Origin: Camelus dromedarius
Taxonomy: Eukaryota
Assembly (NCBI RefSeq): GCF_036321535.1
Contig: NC_087453.1
Coordinates: 14,818,001-14,882,000, forward strand
Reading direction: 5' to 3'
DNA length: 64,000 bases
In this document: positions 38,901 through 51,964 of the stretch, piece by piece
Layout of the letters: each line of letters begins with the position of its first letter
Numbering within the stretch: position 1 is the stretch's first letter
Translations under genes and position numbers: made by a program
Notes under the pieces: model-generated
What the model saw: the letters and a program-made list of their open reading frames with translations, nothing else
Database searches by the model: none
Told to the model about the DNA's origin: nothing

Positions 38901-39039
38901 CGAAAGCTGGAAGTATATAGTCAGATACTATGTTTATAAATTAATGAGATTTTTCTGTCTGTTCTTTGTAGTTCTGTTACTTGTTTGTATGAATGTACAC
39001 TTAGATTCATTTATTTCATCTTGTTTTCATCTTTCATTT

Positions 39040-39580
39040 TTTAATTTTTTAATATGTAGAACTTTAATATGCTTCCAAAAGTCAGATCTATATAAAAAGA
39101 TAGTCAAAGGAGTGTTACTACCTTCTTGTTTCCCTTCCACCCTCCACTTATCCCATGTGGATAATCATTGTTTTTTGGTTTATCCCTTTTTGTGTTTCTT
39201 TTTGTAATATAAATAGATACATGCAAGTTTTCTTATTTTCTCTTTATTTTTTCAGAAAAAAATAGCATATTATTGTACTCCTTTGCACTTTCACTTAACA
39301 ATAAATCTTAGAAATCATTCTATATTAGTTTATAGAATTCTTTCTCAATCAGTTTTACATCTGCATAGTACTCCTTTGTACGTATCGTATTTATTCAGTC
39401 CCTTATGTTTGGACATTTAGGTCATTTTCATTATTTTGTAATTACCAAATAATGCTGCGGTGATTAACCACATGCGTGTGTGTTTTCATATTGTTGGAGG
39501 TGTATCCAGAGTATTTTCCTGTATAGTGAATTGTTGGATCAAAGGATACATACATACATACATAGTTTAGTTGCATAATA
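39040..39580 (-). mobile_element. L1ME-type fragment
   Basis: ggacatttaggtcattttcattattttgtaattaccaaataatgctgcggtgattaac...gtgaattgttggatcaaagg. Confidence 0.7.
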
Positions 39581-39589
39581 TTTGACCAC

Positions 39590-40040
39590 TATTTTTGAAG
39601 AACCTGGAACTTCAAGGAGCAAACAAAGCATTCGTGGACCAAATCCATCTGTAAGGATAGCAATCTGGAGATTAAAATGTCTTCCATTTGATAAAACTCT
39701 CAAGCATAAGGTTTTCAAAATTTATTTCAAAAAGAGGAAAAACACATTTCATCTAGTCTTCCTGGAGGATAAATTCAGATGATATTTTCTTGATGTCCTA
39801 TTTGAAAATCCCATTTATAAACTTACAAGGAATCTTTTCTTCCTGATATTTGTCTTTATCAGAAGAGCTCCAGGAAGAATTTTTGGAACTCAAAATTGAT
39901 TCTATTGTCAAAGGTAACCTCCAGAAAAATCACTTTGAAGATTTCCCAGGTAGAGTATCTTCTTATCTATCCCCAAATAGGTAAGCAGGTGTCATTTTCC
40001 TGTTTGACTGACATGTATTTGACAAAGTGTTCACTCTACC
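39590..40040 (+). mobile_element. Probable hAT (Charlie-like) transposase C-terminal relic
   Basis: With frameshifts reads HLVFLEDKFR*YFLDVLFENP (39750-), EELQEEFLELKIDS (39862-), YPQIGKQ (39968-) and MYL..VFTL, in the order of the HL..L...F..YF / NPF / LQEELIEL / YP.L.K.A / TYLCE..FS motifs of Charlie-type transposases. Confidence 0.6.
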
Positions 40041-41389
40041 CCACTCCACCCTCAGCTTCTCGTTAGGAAGTCTAATAGTGCCCCAGGCTTGACTTTGGAA
40101 GTGCCTCACTGTAGCTCCTTCGTACTTCCTTGTTTGTTGTGTTTCTGAAAACATGGAAGGCAAATGTATAGTAAAGTTTCAGATACAAGTCTTACGTAGT
40201 TTCATATCTTGAGGAGGTTCTATTCCTTAATCATGACTTGAGCTTAGTTTACTTTTGAGTATGATGTTTCACAACAAAGCATGTATTTCCAGTGCATCTA
40301 TTTGTGAATTTTTTAAATGAAGATTAAACATACATAGACAAAGTTTTCTAATATGAAGCTATATTTAGTGGATAGATTAAATTGATTTCAGATGTTGGGA
40401 GGAAGGCTTTAAGATTTTATAGAAGATTAAATGGGGTTCTGAGCATGTGATTATTATGATGGCTTTTGGTGTACTAGTCAGCTATCTTTAAATTTGTGTC
40501 CAAAAAATTAAGCACAAACCTTCTTGTATTAAGAGAACTATGGATTTGTGAATTTTTTTTGTATGTTTGGGTCCCTGAAATGTTTCATCACCAATTCTTT
40601 TGGTCATTATTTTCAAATAATGTTAGATTTGAAAGAGATTTGAAGAGATTTGAAGTTTCTGCTTTTATTAAAAGGGAGGCTGGGTTTGGAAATTAAAAAC
40701 AAGGGACCAGGAAACATGATGCAGATGAGCTGAGTGCAGGCCTCGGCTCTACTGCTTACTTTGTAGAGTATAAATTGCTATGTAACTTTCTTAGTGAGGA
40801 GCCATGTAACATGAGATAAATACTCCTGTGAAAATTTGGCATCTTTTTAAGCTGTTTCACCTGAGTCTCCTATCCTGAAACTGATAAGAAGTGAAAGAAT
40901 TTCTGCTCCTCCCCACCCCCAGCTTTAGAGTACAAATCTCTTGTTAAAATGTATAATCCTCTAAAATGATCAGGATCCCTTGAGTTCCATTTCCTTAGGT
41001 TGGACCAAAATAATTTCCGTAAAGAACTTTGCTGGTAGGTAGGAAAGCCAGTCATCAGCCTGGGGAGTCAAGGGTGGGCTCGATTTGTGCTGACCTGATG
41101 GGGGATCCATGAGTGGTGGAGGGTGAAGATGGAGGCAGGCAGATTTGGCCATCGGCACTGGTCCGTATGCTGCCACGGGCTCTTGACGCTGGGTCTCCCT
41201 TCTCTAAGTCAGGCCGGTGGTGTCCCTGCCTTCCCCTACACCTTCCGGTAACTTGCCTGATGGGAAGTACCAGTAACTTCGACTTTCCTCATCCTTCACA
41301 TTCTGCCAAGACTTATTGTTTCTACTTCCGCTGAATCTTTCAGATCATTTTCACCTTTGAGTTTGCATTGGTTATATCTTGCCTCAGTC

Positions 41390-41523
41390 TTTTTTTTTTA
41401 AGGGGGAGGTAATTAGGTTTGTTTGTTTATCTACTTATTTATTTTTAATGGAGGTACTGGGGATTGAACCCAGGACCTTGTGCATGCTAAGCATGCGCTT
41501 TACCATTGAGCTATACCCTCCCC
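41390..41523 (-). mobile_element. tRNA-Ala-derived SINE (Vic-1-like)
   Basis: gggggaggtaattaggtttgtttg...tggaggtactggggattgaacccaggaccttgtgcatgctaagcatgcgc...gagctataccctcccc. Confidence 0.9.
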
Positions 41524-41769
41524 TCCTCCCCTTGGTCTTCATTCCCTCTTGCCCAGGCTTGCCATCATGGCCGTTTTCATGAGAATGAAATCTAAGCTCT
41601 CTAGCCTGGTGTACCCCTGATTTCTTGCCAGCTCTGTCACTTAATGCTTTGTTCACTTACCCTGTCATGCGGCCATGCAGACTGTCTTTAATGTTCTTTC
41701 ATTCCCCAAGAATGCCATGGTGGTTACGAGCACACCTGAGTTTAACTACTTTCTCCACTGTTTACTAGC

Positions 41770-41950
41770 CATGTTACCCTGGAAATCTTAACTTCACTGT
41801 GCCTCTTGATAAAATTAGGATAATAATGCTATCTGCCTTATAAGGTTGTTGTGAAGAGTGAAGGAGATAATCCATGTAAAGGATTAGAGAACTGTGCCTG
41901 CATGTATTAAGTGTTGTATGAGAATTAGCTTTGATTATCATTATTATTAT
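41770..41950 (+). mobile_element. MIR SINE 3' half
   Basis: taataatgctatctgccttataaggttgttgtgaagagtgaaggagataatccatgtaaa. Confidence 0.7.
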
Positions 41951-43012
41951 TCCTGTCCTCTGTCAAAATTCTGCGTATATCTTTGCTCAAATGCATTTTC
42001 CCCAGTCTCCCCAATGACAGGTAATCTTACCCATCCAATGATGCATCCATCTATCTATTCAATAAATAGTTACTGAATACTTAATATGTTTTAGGCATAA
42101 GACTACCCACTGTGAGGAATACAAAACTTAATCAAGCCCACACTGTTCTCTGGGAACGTAGAATCTGATAGGAGAGATCAGAGAAGTATGAAATACTCAT
42201 CTGTTTGTCACACGTTTATCGAGCAGCTGCAGAGGCTCCAGGTACTGTGTGGTCCTGAGCCTGGTGTTGCATCTGATGGCTAACTTTGAAAGATCAGAGT
42301 CTGAGTGCCTTAAACAAACTGCAGTTAAGGTGTCTGGGAGTATAGGAGAGAGATTTTATCAGCAGGGAGGGCCAGGAAAGGCTTATTAGAGGAGTTGCTG
42401 CCATCTTCGCAGGGCCTTGCAGGACAGATGGACTTTGCCCATTTTCCACCTCTCTCAGGAGGCATCCATCTACTGCTGTGGGCTATGGCTTTAGGTGGTC
42501 TGTAAGAATTTCATAATTGTAACTTTCTCAAGGGCTGGGGCGGTGGTGTCTTCATTTTTGAGTTCCTAGTACTCACTCCAAGTCTTATACATAGACCGTT
42601 CTCAATAGAGGACAGCGATGGATTAGGGAGATGTCTCTTCCCACATAACTTAAAGGGAGATTGAAATTGAATGATTCTCAGAATCTGTGAAGCAATGAAA
42701 CTTCCTAGAGAAGACATTTATATGAAACCGAAAGTGAGGTTCTTTGAAGATGTTCATACTATTTTATTTCTTATCACAATCATATCTATAGTCGTCATGA
42801 TAGGGGTTTTAAAAAAATGAATTCTGCTTCAGTCCTTGTAGATATTTCTTCCCATATTTCTGCATATTTTTGGGAAGAAGCTCTCGTAGCTATTTCTTTA
42901 AAGCCTATCCTGGTCCAAGAATTCCAGGATGTGCTATATCATAACNNNNNNNNNNNNNNNNNNNNNNNNNNNNNNNNNNNNNNNNNNNNNNNNNNNNNNN
43001 NNNNNNNNNNNN

Positions 43013-43160
43013 NNNNNNNNNNNNNNNNNNNNNNNNNNNNNNNNNNNNNNNNNNNNNNNNNNNNNNNNNNNNNNNNNNNNNNNNNNNNNNNNNNNNNNNN
43101 NNNNNNNNNNNNNNNNNCCTGCGGAGTCCTGAGGAATCCACCGAGTCTGCAGACAGCCAG
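43013..43160 (+). CDS. CHD6: CHD6 exon 4 (5' part hidden by N block; visible LRSPEESTESADSQ)
   Basis: 43118-43160 translates to LRSPEESTESADSQ; donor CAG|gtacag at 43161. Start inferred from the 148 nt needed to encode the recalled human peptide; acceptor not visible. Confidence 0.85.
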
Positions 43161-44920
43161 GTACAGCTGCACCGGGATCCCTTGTGGGCGTTCTGGCTGC
43201 CGGGCGGGATCTTGCTGACACTGATCCTGTTGCTCCTCTCTCCCTGTCTCTAGCCTGTATCCCTTGCACACGGACCTGGGCTGGGCTTGCACTGTTTTAG
43301 TGGGTGAGCACCAAAAGACCACAGGCATTTTCGCTAGCATCCTGATCCTTTCAGTCTCCCGGTTTTTTAGTGGTGTTTGCTTCCTTCTTGGAAAGCAGCA
43401 TGATACTAGGCCACAGAGGGAGCGAATGTGAAAAGTGGCATTATGAACCAAGCTAGGTAAGACTCGGAGGGCCTCTTTTGCCATCTAGGGAATGCATTTA
43501 GGGCTCAAAGTGCTGGGTCAGCCTTCACAAGAACATTTTCACAATTCCAGATGCTGGAAAAGTCAGGAATGTATTCATTTTGCCAAAATAGGAAGGAAAG
43601 TTTGGCTAAACCTAGAAACAATGCAGCCCACCTAAATGAGATTTCTAAAAACATGCCAAAGTGTGCCTAGGACATTGGTAGGAATTTTCTTCCTGAGTTG
43701 AGGCAGACTCTCAGACTTGAGTTCTAATATTTGAGCTCTGACATCCACAGCAGTTTACGAGGCTGTGCTACTGCCAGGAGGGGACTGTTTAGAATGAGAC
43801 CAACTAACTGCAGCTTAAGAATCATCTAGACCCTCAGATTTCTGGGTGATCTTCATTGTAGGAAGGTGTCAGCGCCTGACATCATAGTGGTAATAAGTAG
43901 TAGTGTCGGGGGTGTCAGAGCAGAGACCTTTTCGCTGCCTGTAAACTTAGGATGGTGGCTTTTAAGCATCCCGATTGGCAGAGGAGCAGGTGCATCAGGT
44001 TGGTGGGAGTCAGCAGGGGGTTAAGTGTTTCTAGAATGGTGATCTGTTTGTGGGATCGGGGGAGACCTCTTTATATGGAATCCTGAGTGAAGAAGTGATG
44101 GGAACACAGAGAGGGTCCAGGAGGTATCTGTTAGACGATAAGGGGGGTGAGGTTTGGCTTTTGGTTTTGTTTTTTAAGGTTTAAGTATTTAAGAGCAAGC
44201 TAGCTGGGGAATGGTTCCCAGAAGTGTTTCTACTGCTTGGACATGATGTGTACATAGAGATGAACCATGTGTTTTTCTGTTTGAGGAAAGCCACTGCGTT
44301 GCTTTGTTGTAGAATGTTGCCTCCCTAGAAGGTCACAAGCTACTTAATTATAGATGAGTCCTTAGATGGTGACTCATGAATCTTGTTTTGTCACACTTAA
44401 GGTGTCTACTTGCATTTCAAGGGGTGTTAGGAGATTCTCAAAGTAAGTCCTAATTCATATTTAGTTGTTTAGGAGTACATGGTAAGTATGGTGAATTTGT
44501 CAAAAAAAAATCAAAACCAAAAGAACTATTATGTCATTATCATAAACTCAGCTTCCAGCTCTGCTGAAAGGGACCTCAAAGATGATGAAGTTACTCCCCA
44601 TCCCTGTTTTACTGGAATAGAAACCGATTCCAGAAAGGAGTTGGGGGAAAGCACTGCCATTGGAGAATAAAACACATCTCACTGGGTTCTAAGACTGCAG
44701 CCTCTTCTCAGAGGATCCTGGTGATTTGGAGCCCCTTCCTCAGCTGGATCCCATTATGAGTGAATTTAGTTCTTAAGAGAGTTGTGTTAAAGGAAGATTC
44801 TTCTTGTGAAGTTACAGGGGTCCCCTTTGAATGTGAGTACGTGCAGGTGAGGGTATCCCTGTACAAGCTCTTGCCTCTGGCTCATAGAGCGTCTCTCTGG
44901 TGGGTGTGTTTGTCCTGCAG

Positions 44921-45070
44921 AAACGACGCTCAGGACGGCAAGTGAAGCGCAGAAAATACAATGAAGACCTGGACTTCAAAGTGGTGGATGATGACGGGGA
45001 GACGATCGCCGTTCTGGGAGCCGGCCGGACGTCTGCCCTCTCAGCTTCTACACTGGCTTGGCAGGCAGAG
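44921..45070 (+). CDS. CHD6: CHD6 exon 5 (KRRSGRQVKRRKYNEDLDF...AWQAE), includes NLS-like basic motif
   Basis: Acceptor gtcctgcag ends 44920; 150 nt = 50 codons; donor GAG|gtacgg. Confidence 0.96.
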
Positions 45071-45159
45071 GTACGGCCTTCGTGGTGGGCTGCTGGCCTC
45101 GGCTGGACAGTCATCTTGACTACTTGATGGAGTTGTACTGTGGCTCTTGTTTAAAGCAT

Positions 45160-45615
45160 AAGTTAGATCATTTTAACTGCTGGTTAAATCCTTTAAGTGG
45201 CTTCCTATTGCACTTGAAATAAAGCTTAAATTCCTCACTGTGCCCAGCAGGACCCTCTGTCGTCATACCCTCTCCCTAATTCTCCACATTAGTTTTTCAG
45301 ATAAACTACCTTTCACCATCTCTCTCATCACTCTCTGGCCACAAGACTTGCCTCTTTTAATGCCTTGAATTAGCGGTTCTTCCCCACCTGCTGGCCTTTG
45401 CCTGTATGGTCCCTTTTGCCTGAAATGCTCTTTATCCACTTGCTTTAAATGGACCCCTGCCCATCATCCTAATGATTCTGTATTTCACACTTTATTTCTT
45501 TCATCGCACTTATTACAGCTTATAATTGTGTTCTGGTTTCATTTTATTTCTTGGTCTCTCCCATTAGAATGTAAAAGTCTGATACGTAGTAAATTATTTT
45601 TCAGTGAATGGAATC
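45160..45615 (+). mobile_element. L2 3' fragment
   Basis: ggcttcctattgcacttgaaataaag...ggcctttgcctgtatggtcccttttgcctgaaatgctc...agtgaatggaat. Confidence 0.7.
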
Positions 45616-48600
45616 CCATGAACTAGTAATTACAGTTGGAACTTGGAGTTGACAAATGTGTATTGCGAGTCTGCTGCAAGGCCAGGTCCTAGGATCCAAG
45701 GATGAGTATCAAGGCATGGTCCCTGCCTCCCAGGAGTTTTATCTGTGCTGATATTGTGATAAGTGCAGTCTACAGTGACTACACAGAAGGAGGAGTGGAC
45801 AGGAAAGGGGGGTCAAGGTTTTAGGAGAGGCGTTTCCAACATGAACTAAAGCCCCACAGCCTGAATGGTACCAATGACAAATTGATGGGCTCAGCAGATG
45901 TTGGAGTCTGTTTGAGGAGTGGTAGGAGGTGAGTCAGGAGTGGTAGGAGGAGTCGCATTATTCAGGGCCTGGGATATCAGCTGAAGTATTTGGCTTTCAT
46001 GCTGTAGACTGAGCAAGTGGCAGGAGCACTGATGGGTTCAAGCAGAGAAGCAGGATGCCCGTCTGTGCAATTTAGGGACTTCCATTGGCAGCAGTATCAG
46101 GGAGGGAAAGGATAACACTAGGACCTGATACCCCAGATGCTAGAAAGGGAGAGGAGTCAGTGTTGAAGAGAAGGAGGTCTGTGCCAAGCCGCTTACGGAG
46201 GAGAAATTAGAAGCAAAAGAAGAAGCAGGCTGTACGTGTAGGAGAGGCCTCATTGCCAGCAGCGCATTCTGGGACACAGGCTGCCTGTTGTTATGGAGTC
46301 ACTGTCGCTGACTTGGCAGAATTCACGTTCTGCGTGTGCAGCAAAAGCGCAAATACCTGTTCTTCCTCCTGGACACCGGCATGGCTCACCAGCGCTGATA
46401 ATGCTTTATCTGTGTAAAGCACCTTGCCTCCAGCCTAAAGCATTTCCACGTAATTTCACATATCCTTTCACTCTGCGTGGGAAGTAGCTAGGAGCAGGGG
46501 CCATTTGTCCCTATTTTGACAATCAAGAAACAAGCACAGAATGATCCGGGTTGTAGAGGTATATAGCAGCAGCTGCTCAGTGACTAGCAAGAAGTGTTGA
46601 TGTCACGTCTCTCTGCCAAGGGTTATTCAGCTAATGAATATAACACCTAATAGAAGCATACTTTTCAAGCAGACAGTTAAGAAATAGCCCTTGCAAGACT
46701 GCTGTGAGGTGAGAGGAAAATTACATTGCTTTACAGTGAATTTTCCTCCCTTGGAGATTTTATGGTTGGTTTGGTAGTTAAGACACTATAAGGGACTTTA
46801 TTTTCTCCTAGTAGCCACTTAGCCCAAGTCATTAACCATATTTCCATTGTTGTTATGACTTCTCCCCTGGTACCTGAGGGGCAGCATTAGCTGATCAGAC
46901 AGAAATAATTTGGGAAATTTTTATGTATCTTAACAGTGCTCTTTTTATACTCTTCAGGGTACAGCAAAGAGAGAGTTTATATATGGTGAAATATAAGGTA
47001 GAATCTGAATTTGCATTAATTATGCCTCAAAAATTTTTACTAAATTTAAGCAAGAAAGAGGCCTATTATGTGGTTTTTGGCATTGATGTTCAGAAAGGCA
47101 ACTGTGTGGATCTGGCCTGCACACCACAGGGCAGACTGGACAGCCTGTGAGGGGCTGAGCAGGTGTCATGATCAGGGCTCCCTGGAGCCCTCCACTTGCA
47201 TCTGTTTTACTTAGTGGGCTTCCTGGGGGGTCTGAACAAAGATTTCCCACGCTAATTCAAAGCCTGAAAGTCATGGGTCTCATCTAGGATTACAGGCAAT
47301 CCTCACAGTGTCCAGTGACACAGAATCAGTGAAAGAAGATGAGGCTTTTTCTTACATCCTTCCCTCCCAAGGCCCTTTGGAGGGGTGTCTGCCTGCTTAC
47401 TGGCATTAGCTTGAGGCAGAGAAGGATGTGCAGTCAGCACCAAGACGGCCCTGCTGCTACCTCCCTGCATTTCTGTGCAGTGTCTTATCAGCATGCTCAG
47501 CCCACTTGTGTGGCTGCTGGCCCTGTCCCAGCCCCAGATTGCAACGTCAGCAGTGGTTAACTAGTGGTGAGTTGCTAAAAACATCTTTACGCATGATTCA
47601 TTCTAGATCAGGACTGGCAGATTAGCACAGCCCTGCTTTGGGGTCTAGAGGACAGTCCCCTGCCTGGTATGTGGGATTAGGGGTGGAAATATGTTTCCAT
47701 CCTGACTGACTCTTTGCTTTCTTATTCTTTGTCAAACCAATGTTGGTACCTGGAACAGAGACAAACTTTCACAGTTATGGTACATTTATATGTACAGATT
47801 TTTACAAGGCTGTCTCATGTTTTGCCTCATGTAATTTGTATGGTTTGTGTAATTTTGCCTTTGAGGCAGAAGAACTTGAATTTGAATGAGGCATCATTCA
47901 CGGTGCTCTCCTGTGCCTCCTTGTACCTCCTCCTGCGTCTTTGCAGACTGTACCCTCTGCTTGGTCTGGTCTTTTCCTGCACCTGGAGGACTGAGCTCAG
48001 TCGTAACCACCACTACCCCAGCAAGTTCCCTGCTCCCCCTGAGCGGGGGACGAGTCCCCCTCCTCTGTCTCCCACAGCATTCTAATGTGTTTACCTCTCA
48101 CGGTCCTTTAAACAGCTGCCAGTTTTTTGTTTCCCTCTTCCAGGCCATGAGCTGTGTTAGGGCAGGGCTTGTAATGGTTTGTGTGTGTGTGCCATCTCTC
48201 TGGCGTGAATGAGTTTCAATAAAGTAAACTTATATTAACCCCCAGGAACTATTTATTCAGATGAAAAGTCCTTGTGGCACCTTCCCTCCTCTGTTTTGTG
48301 GTATATTTGTTGCTCCTGAAGTCAGGAGTCACCCGGAACCACACACCTGTGACTGTTCTGACTTGGCAGTGCCTCCGTGAACCTGTTCTCAATATCACTC
48401 CCGATTGTCCCTCCACAGACTGTAAACTTTCGTAAAACAAGTGTCACTTTTTAATTTATCGTAATTTCCACTTCATATAGGTAATACTTTATGTCAGGTA
48501 GTAACTAACATAAAGACTTACATTTAGTTGTACTCATGTATTTATTTAATATGTAAATAACGAATAAATATGCTTAAAACTTACTATGTAAACAGGTAGG

Positions 48601-48649
48601 ATTTTTAACTCCTGGATTCAAAAGACAAGAATGAGGTATTTTTCTTTTT

Positions 48650-49580
48650 TTCTCTGGCTCTTATTCTCTCCGTTTCTTCACACTGGCGTGTTCTCCCCCT
48701 GGCGTTCATCCGCCTCTCACCCCAGCACTGCCGCCCGCAGCCAGGCCCTTTGGCAGAGCTGCTGCTGGCCGGCGTTGCTCTAGTTCCGTACCAGCCTGTG
48801 TGATTCAGTGCTTAGGCTCCTGTCCACTCGGCCTGGGAGGATGGTTTTCATTCTTTCTGTGTCTGTGTTGGCCTCACCACCCTTCGCCGCCCTGCGTCTT
48901 TCCTCACGTCTCCTGTGCCTGTTCCCCTTTGCTTTCTGCTGCCACCCTTTGTGCTAAGGCCAGTGTTCAGATTGCTGCCGTTTGCACTTGTATGCTTCCC
49001 TGCCAAGGTCTCTGTCCTCCCAAATCCATTACTAGACTAACTTTCCCAGGATACCAGGGAAACTTCTGGTTCTTCTCAGTGTCCCGCTCAAGAATTTAAG
49101 GTGGTTACCTCTTAACGCCTGTTTTAGATCAAAACTCCTGCCTGATTTTTAAAGGAATGTGACTTCATAGTACCTACCTACCCTCATTTATCCCCATTCC
49201 ACATTCGGCATAATGCTTTTCTCTACTAAGACTGGCTCCTTAGTATCCCAAGTATGCGCCCTACTTCCAATATAGCCATCCTGTCACCCTTGAGGAGCAC
49301 TTTTGGCTTTATTTCCTGCTTGCTGTCCTCTTCTAAGCCACCATTCTTTCGGGCCCAACTGAAACCTCACTGTTCCGTGAAATTCAAGCTTTTCTTGGTT
49401 TCTGCACTTTTGTCGGACTTTGTCACACTGATTAGAATTTACACTGGGACATTTCTAAGAAAAATATGTTTTATTTTGCTCTCACTGAGTGCAGGCCCTT
49501 GAGATGCTTGTTTGATGCTACTTTTGTACCCTCTATGGCCCTTAGTAGATACACGGTGTTTTGGACAGTGAGTTGCTTCT
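48650..49580 (+). mobile_element. L2 fragment(s)
   Basis: Pyrimidine-rich L2 3' region ending cccttagtagatacacggtgtttt; boundaries approximate. Confidence 0.55.
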
Positions 49581-50569
49581 TGCTAGAGCCTCTCCTTGTG
49601 GCTAGCTGAACAGCAGTGAATCAGGTGGGTGGTTGAGGTTGAGGGTGACATGAGTTGAAAATTTTTGAAATTTTCCCCAAGAAAAAAAAATTTTAATTTT
49701 ATGAGTTTCTGACATGAAAGTGAATGAATTAAACTGGTCTTCTTGGAAGGATAATTTGAGAAAATTCCAAGCAGTTGAGAACAGATGGCTGTTATGGAAG
49801 TGTGTTTGGCAAGCAGATTTAGTTTATATCTGTGTGTATCTGTATACACTGAGTGTTTATACACACATGATCATGCTTATGCACAATCTCTATGTAAAAA
49901 AAAATCCTGATTTTCCAGTTTTCTTCCTACGTTGATGTGTATTTTGGAAATGCTACCTTTTTTTCCCCCTTTTATTAGGGTGGAGTAAAAACCTGTTGTC
50001 AATATTTTGATGATGACCATTGATTTTTTTTTAAATACTAGTGTTATCCTTTATTCCTTAATTAGTGGCAAAAACTAAATTGAAATTTCATTTTAAATTG
50101 CTTAATTTTTACTTGAAAAATTTTTATAATGAAGAACGCTTTAAGTCCTGTGTTTGAAGTCCTGTGCTTTCTTCATCCATGTGTTAACATTTCCTTGGAT
50201 TTGGGTCCTAGCTAAAAACTCTGCAGAGCAATCAAAATCCTGTCATTAGAAACCATCTCTTTTTGCTCTTTGTGGTAGGTAAGAATAGAGACTATTTGAA
50301 GCAAGCTGCTGGTGAGGAGAAACAGTTGTTCCTTCAGCATGGGTGTACGTGTACGAATGCTTGCTTGCTAGTCTGGCTTACACAGACTCGGGAGTGGGTA
50401 GGAAAGGCATTCAGCAATTATGAAAGTTTAATGCTACTAGATACCTAACTCAGGTGTCTCTACATTTCCAAAGCCTCTGCTAATTTGCCCAGGTACTCTG
50501 GCTTCTGTGTTCCCATAGCACTTGCCGTTCCCATGCTGCATTGCAAAATCTCTTCTAGTACCTGCCGGC

Positions 50570-51390
50570 AACTGTTCTGAGTGCTGGAGATAACATCAAG
50601 GAACAAAAGAGACAGAAGTCCCTGCCTTCATGGAGGGAACCTACAACAAATGGAGACGAGACCTGCAGCTGACACACAACCATGCTCTCCCTCCAGATAT
50701 TTGCCAGATTTTGAACCTACATGGGATGCAAGGCCAAAGGGCCAAGCCCAGAACTTCCAGAGGGTAGCAATAATTAGGGAGAGGCTGGTAATCAACCTAA
50801 AAATAATAAAATTGTGTAACATGTCAGTGGTGGTAACTGCTACGGAAAAAAATCAGAATAGGAGAGATACGGAATTCAAGAATGAGGATTGCAGTTTTAA
50901 ATAGGGTAGTCAGTATTGGCCTCACAAAGGCAATACTTGATGAAAGAATTGAAGGAAGTAAAGGAGTGAGGGGTTATGTAGGGAGAAGAGCATTTCAGTC
51001 AAAGTCATAGGAAAGTCCACCAAGCAGAAACATGCCTGATATATGTGAAGAACAAACAAGGAGACTTGAACGGTGACAGAGGAGATGAGAGGCGGGGAGC
51101 ACATCCCCAAGCTCTTTAGACCTTCTTTAGTTTTACTCTGAGTTAAAAGAGAGAAGTTTTAAGTAGTTTAAACGAAAGACTGACTTAGTAAAAACGGCCA
51201 CTCTGAATGTTGTGTTGAGAATAGACTAATAGGACAGGGGTGGAAACAGGGAGACTAGTTGGAGCCAATTGGGATTAATCTGGGTGAGAAAGGAAGCTGG
51301 CTTAGACCAGGGTAGGAGCAGTGGAGGTGGTGAGAAATGGCTGCGTTCTGGGCATACTTTGAAGGTAAAGCCAGCAAGATTTCTGACTGT
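50570..51390 (-). mobile_element. L2a fragment
   Basis: gtgctggagataacatcaaggaacaaaagagacagaagtccctgccttcatgga and agaccagggtaggagcagtggaggtggtgagaaatgg...tttgaaggtaaagccagcaagattt. Confidence 0.8.
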
Positions 51391-51964
51391 CAAGTTTTTT
51401 TTTTTGTTTTTTGTTTTTTTTTTTGCAATAGACCCATCCTTTTAGTGAACTTTTACCTCCTAAGTAATGTAAAACTGTGAGATTTCAATATGCCTTCTGA
51501 TAGAGCCACTAACTTCTTGGCCATTCCAGAATTTAGCAAACTTCTCCTAGGGAAAGCGCCTTGCTTTGGGGATTCCTTTAGTTTCCAGTCACTTCACCAG
51601 CCCTATGTAAACAGTAACCAACAGGGTCAGATGGTTTCTCTTCAACCCAGAATAGTCTCCATTTGGCCCAGCCTGATCCTCAGCCCTCGGCTAGAACTGC
51701 AGAAGGCCTCCAGAGAAGAAACGGTCAGCAACTGTCCGCTCATCTGGGAACAGCTCTTCACTGTCCAGAATTGTAGTTCATCTAATTCTTGTTGCTTCCA
51801 CAGCTATCTCATGTCTTCAAATATATGTTCTTTGCAGTTTATCTTTTTTTTTTCCCCACCTTGCAGTGAGTGTTGGCCTGCCATACCCATAGATTGGTGG
51901 AAAATGTTTGTGTGCATCATGGCAGAGGACTCTTACTCAGAAATACATAAGAATGTATGTTAAA

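Noticed and set aside
40625-40655. (AGATTTGAAG)x3 tandem repeat
   Set aside because: Ordinary short slippage repeat with no spacers.
47174-47191. Palindrome AGGGCTCC-CT-GGAGCCCT (and TGTCAG-CGC-CTGACA at 43867-43881)
   Set aside because: Stems of 6-8 bp are expected by chance at this window size.
50143-50170. 14-nt tandem duplication aagtcctgtg(t/c)tt resembling the one at 7393-7419
   Set aside because: Two short units 43 kb apart with no shared flanks; it lacks the RUNX TGTGGT core; likely coincidence.
51490-51963. 157-aa ORF in intron 5
   Set aside because: No domain, no splice or promoter support; length is plausible by chance in 64 kb.
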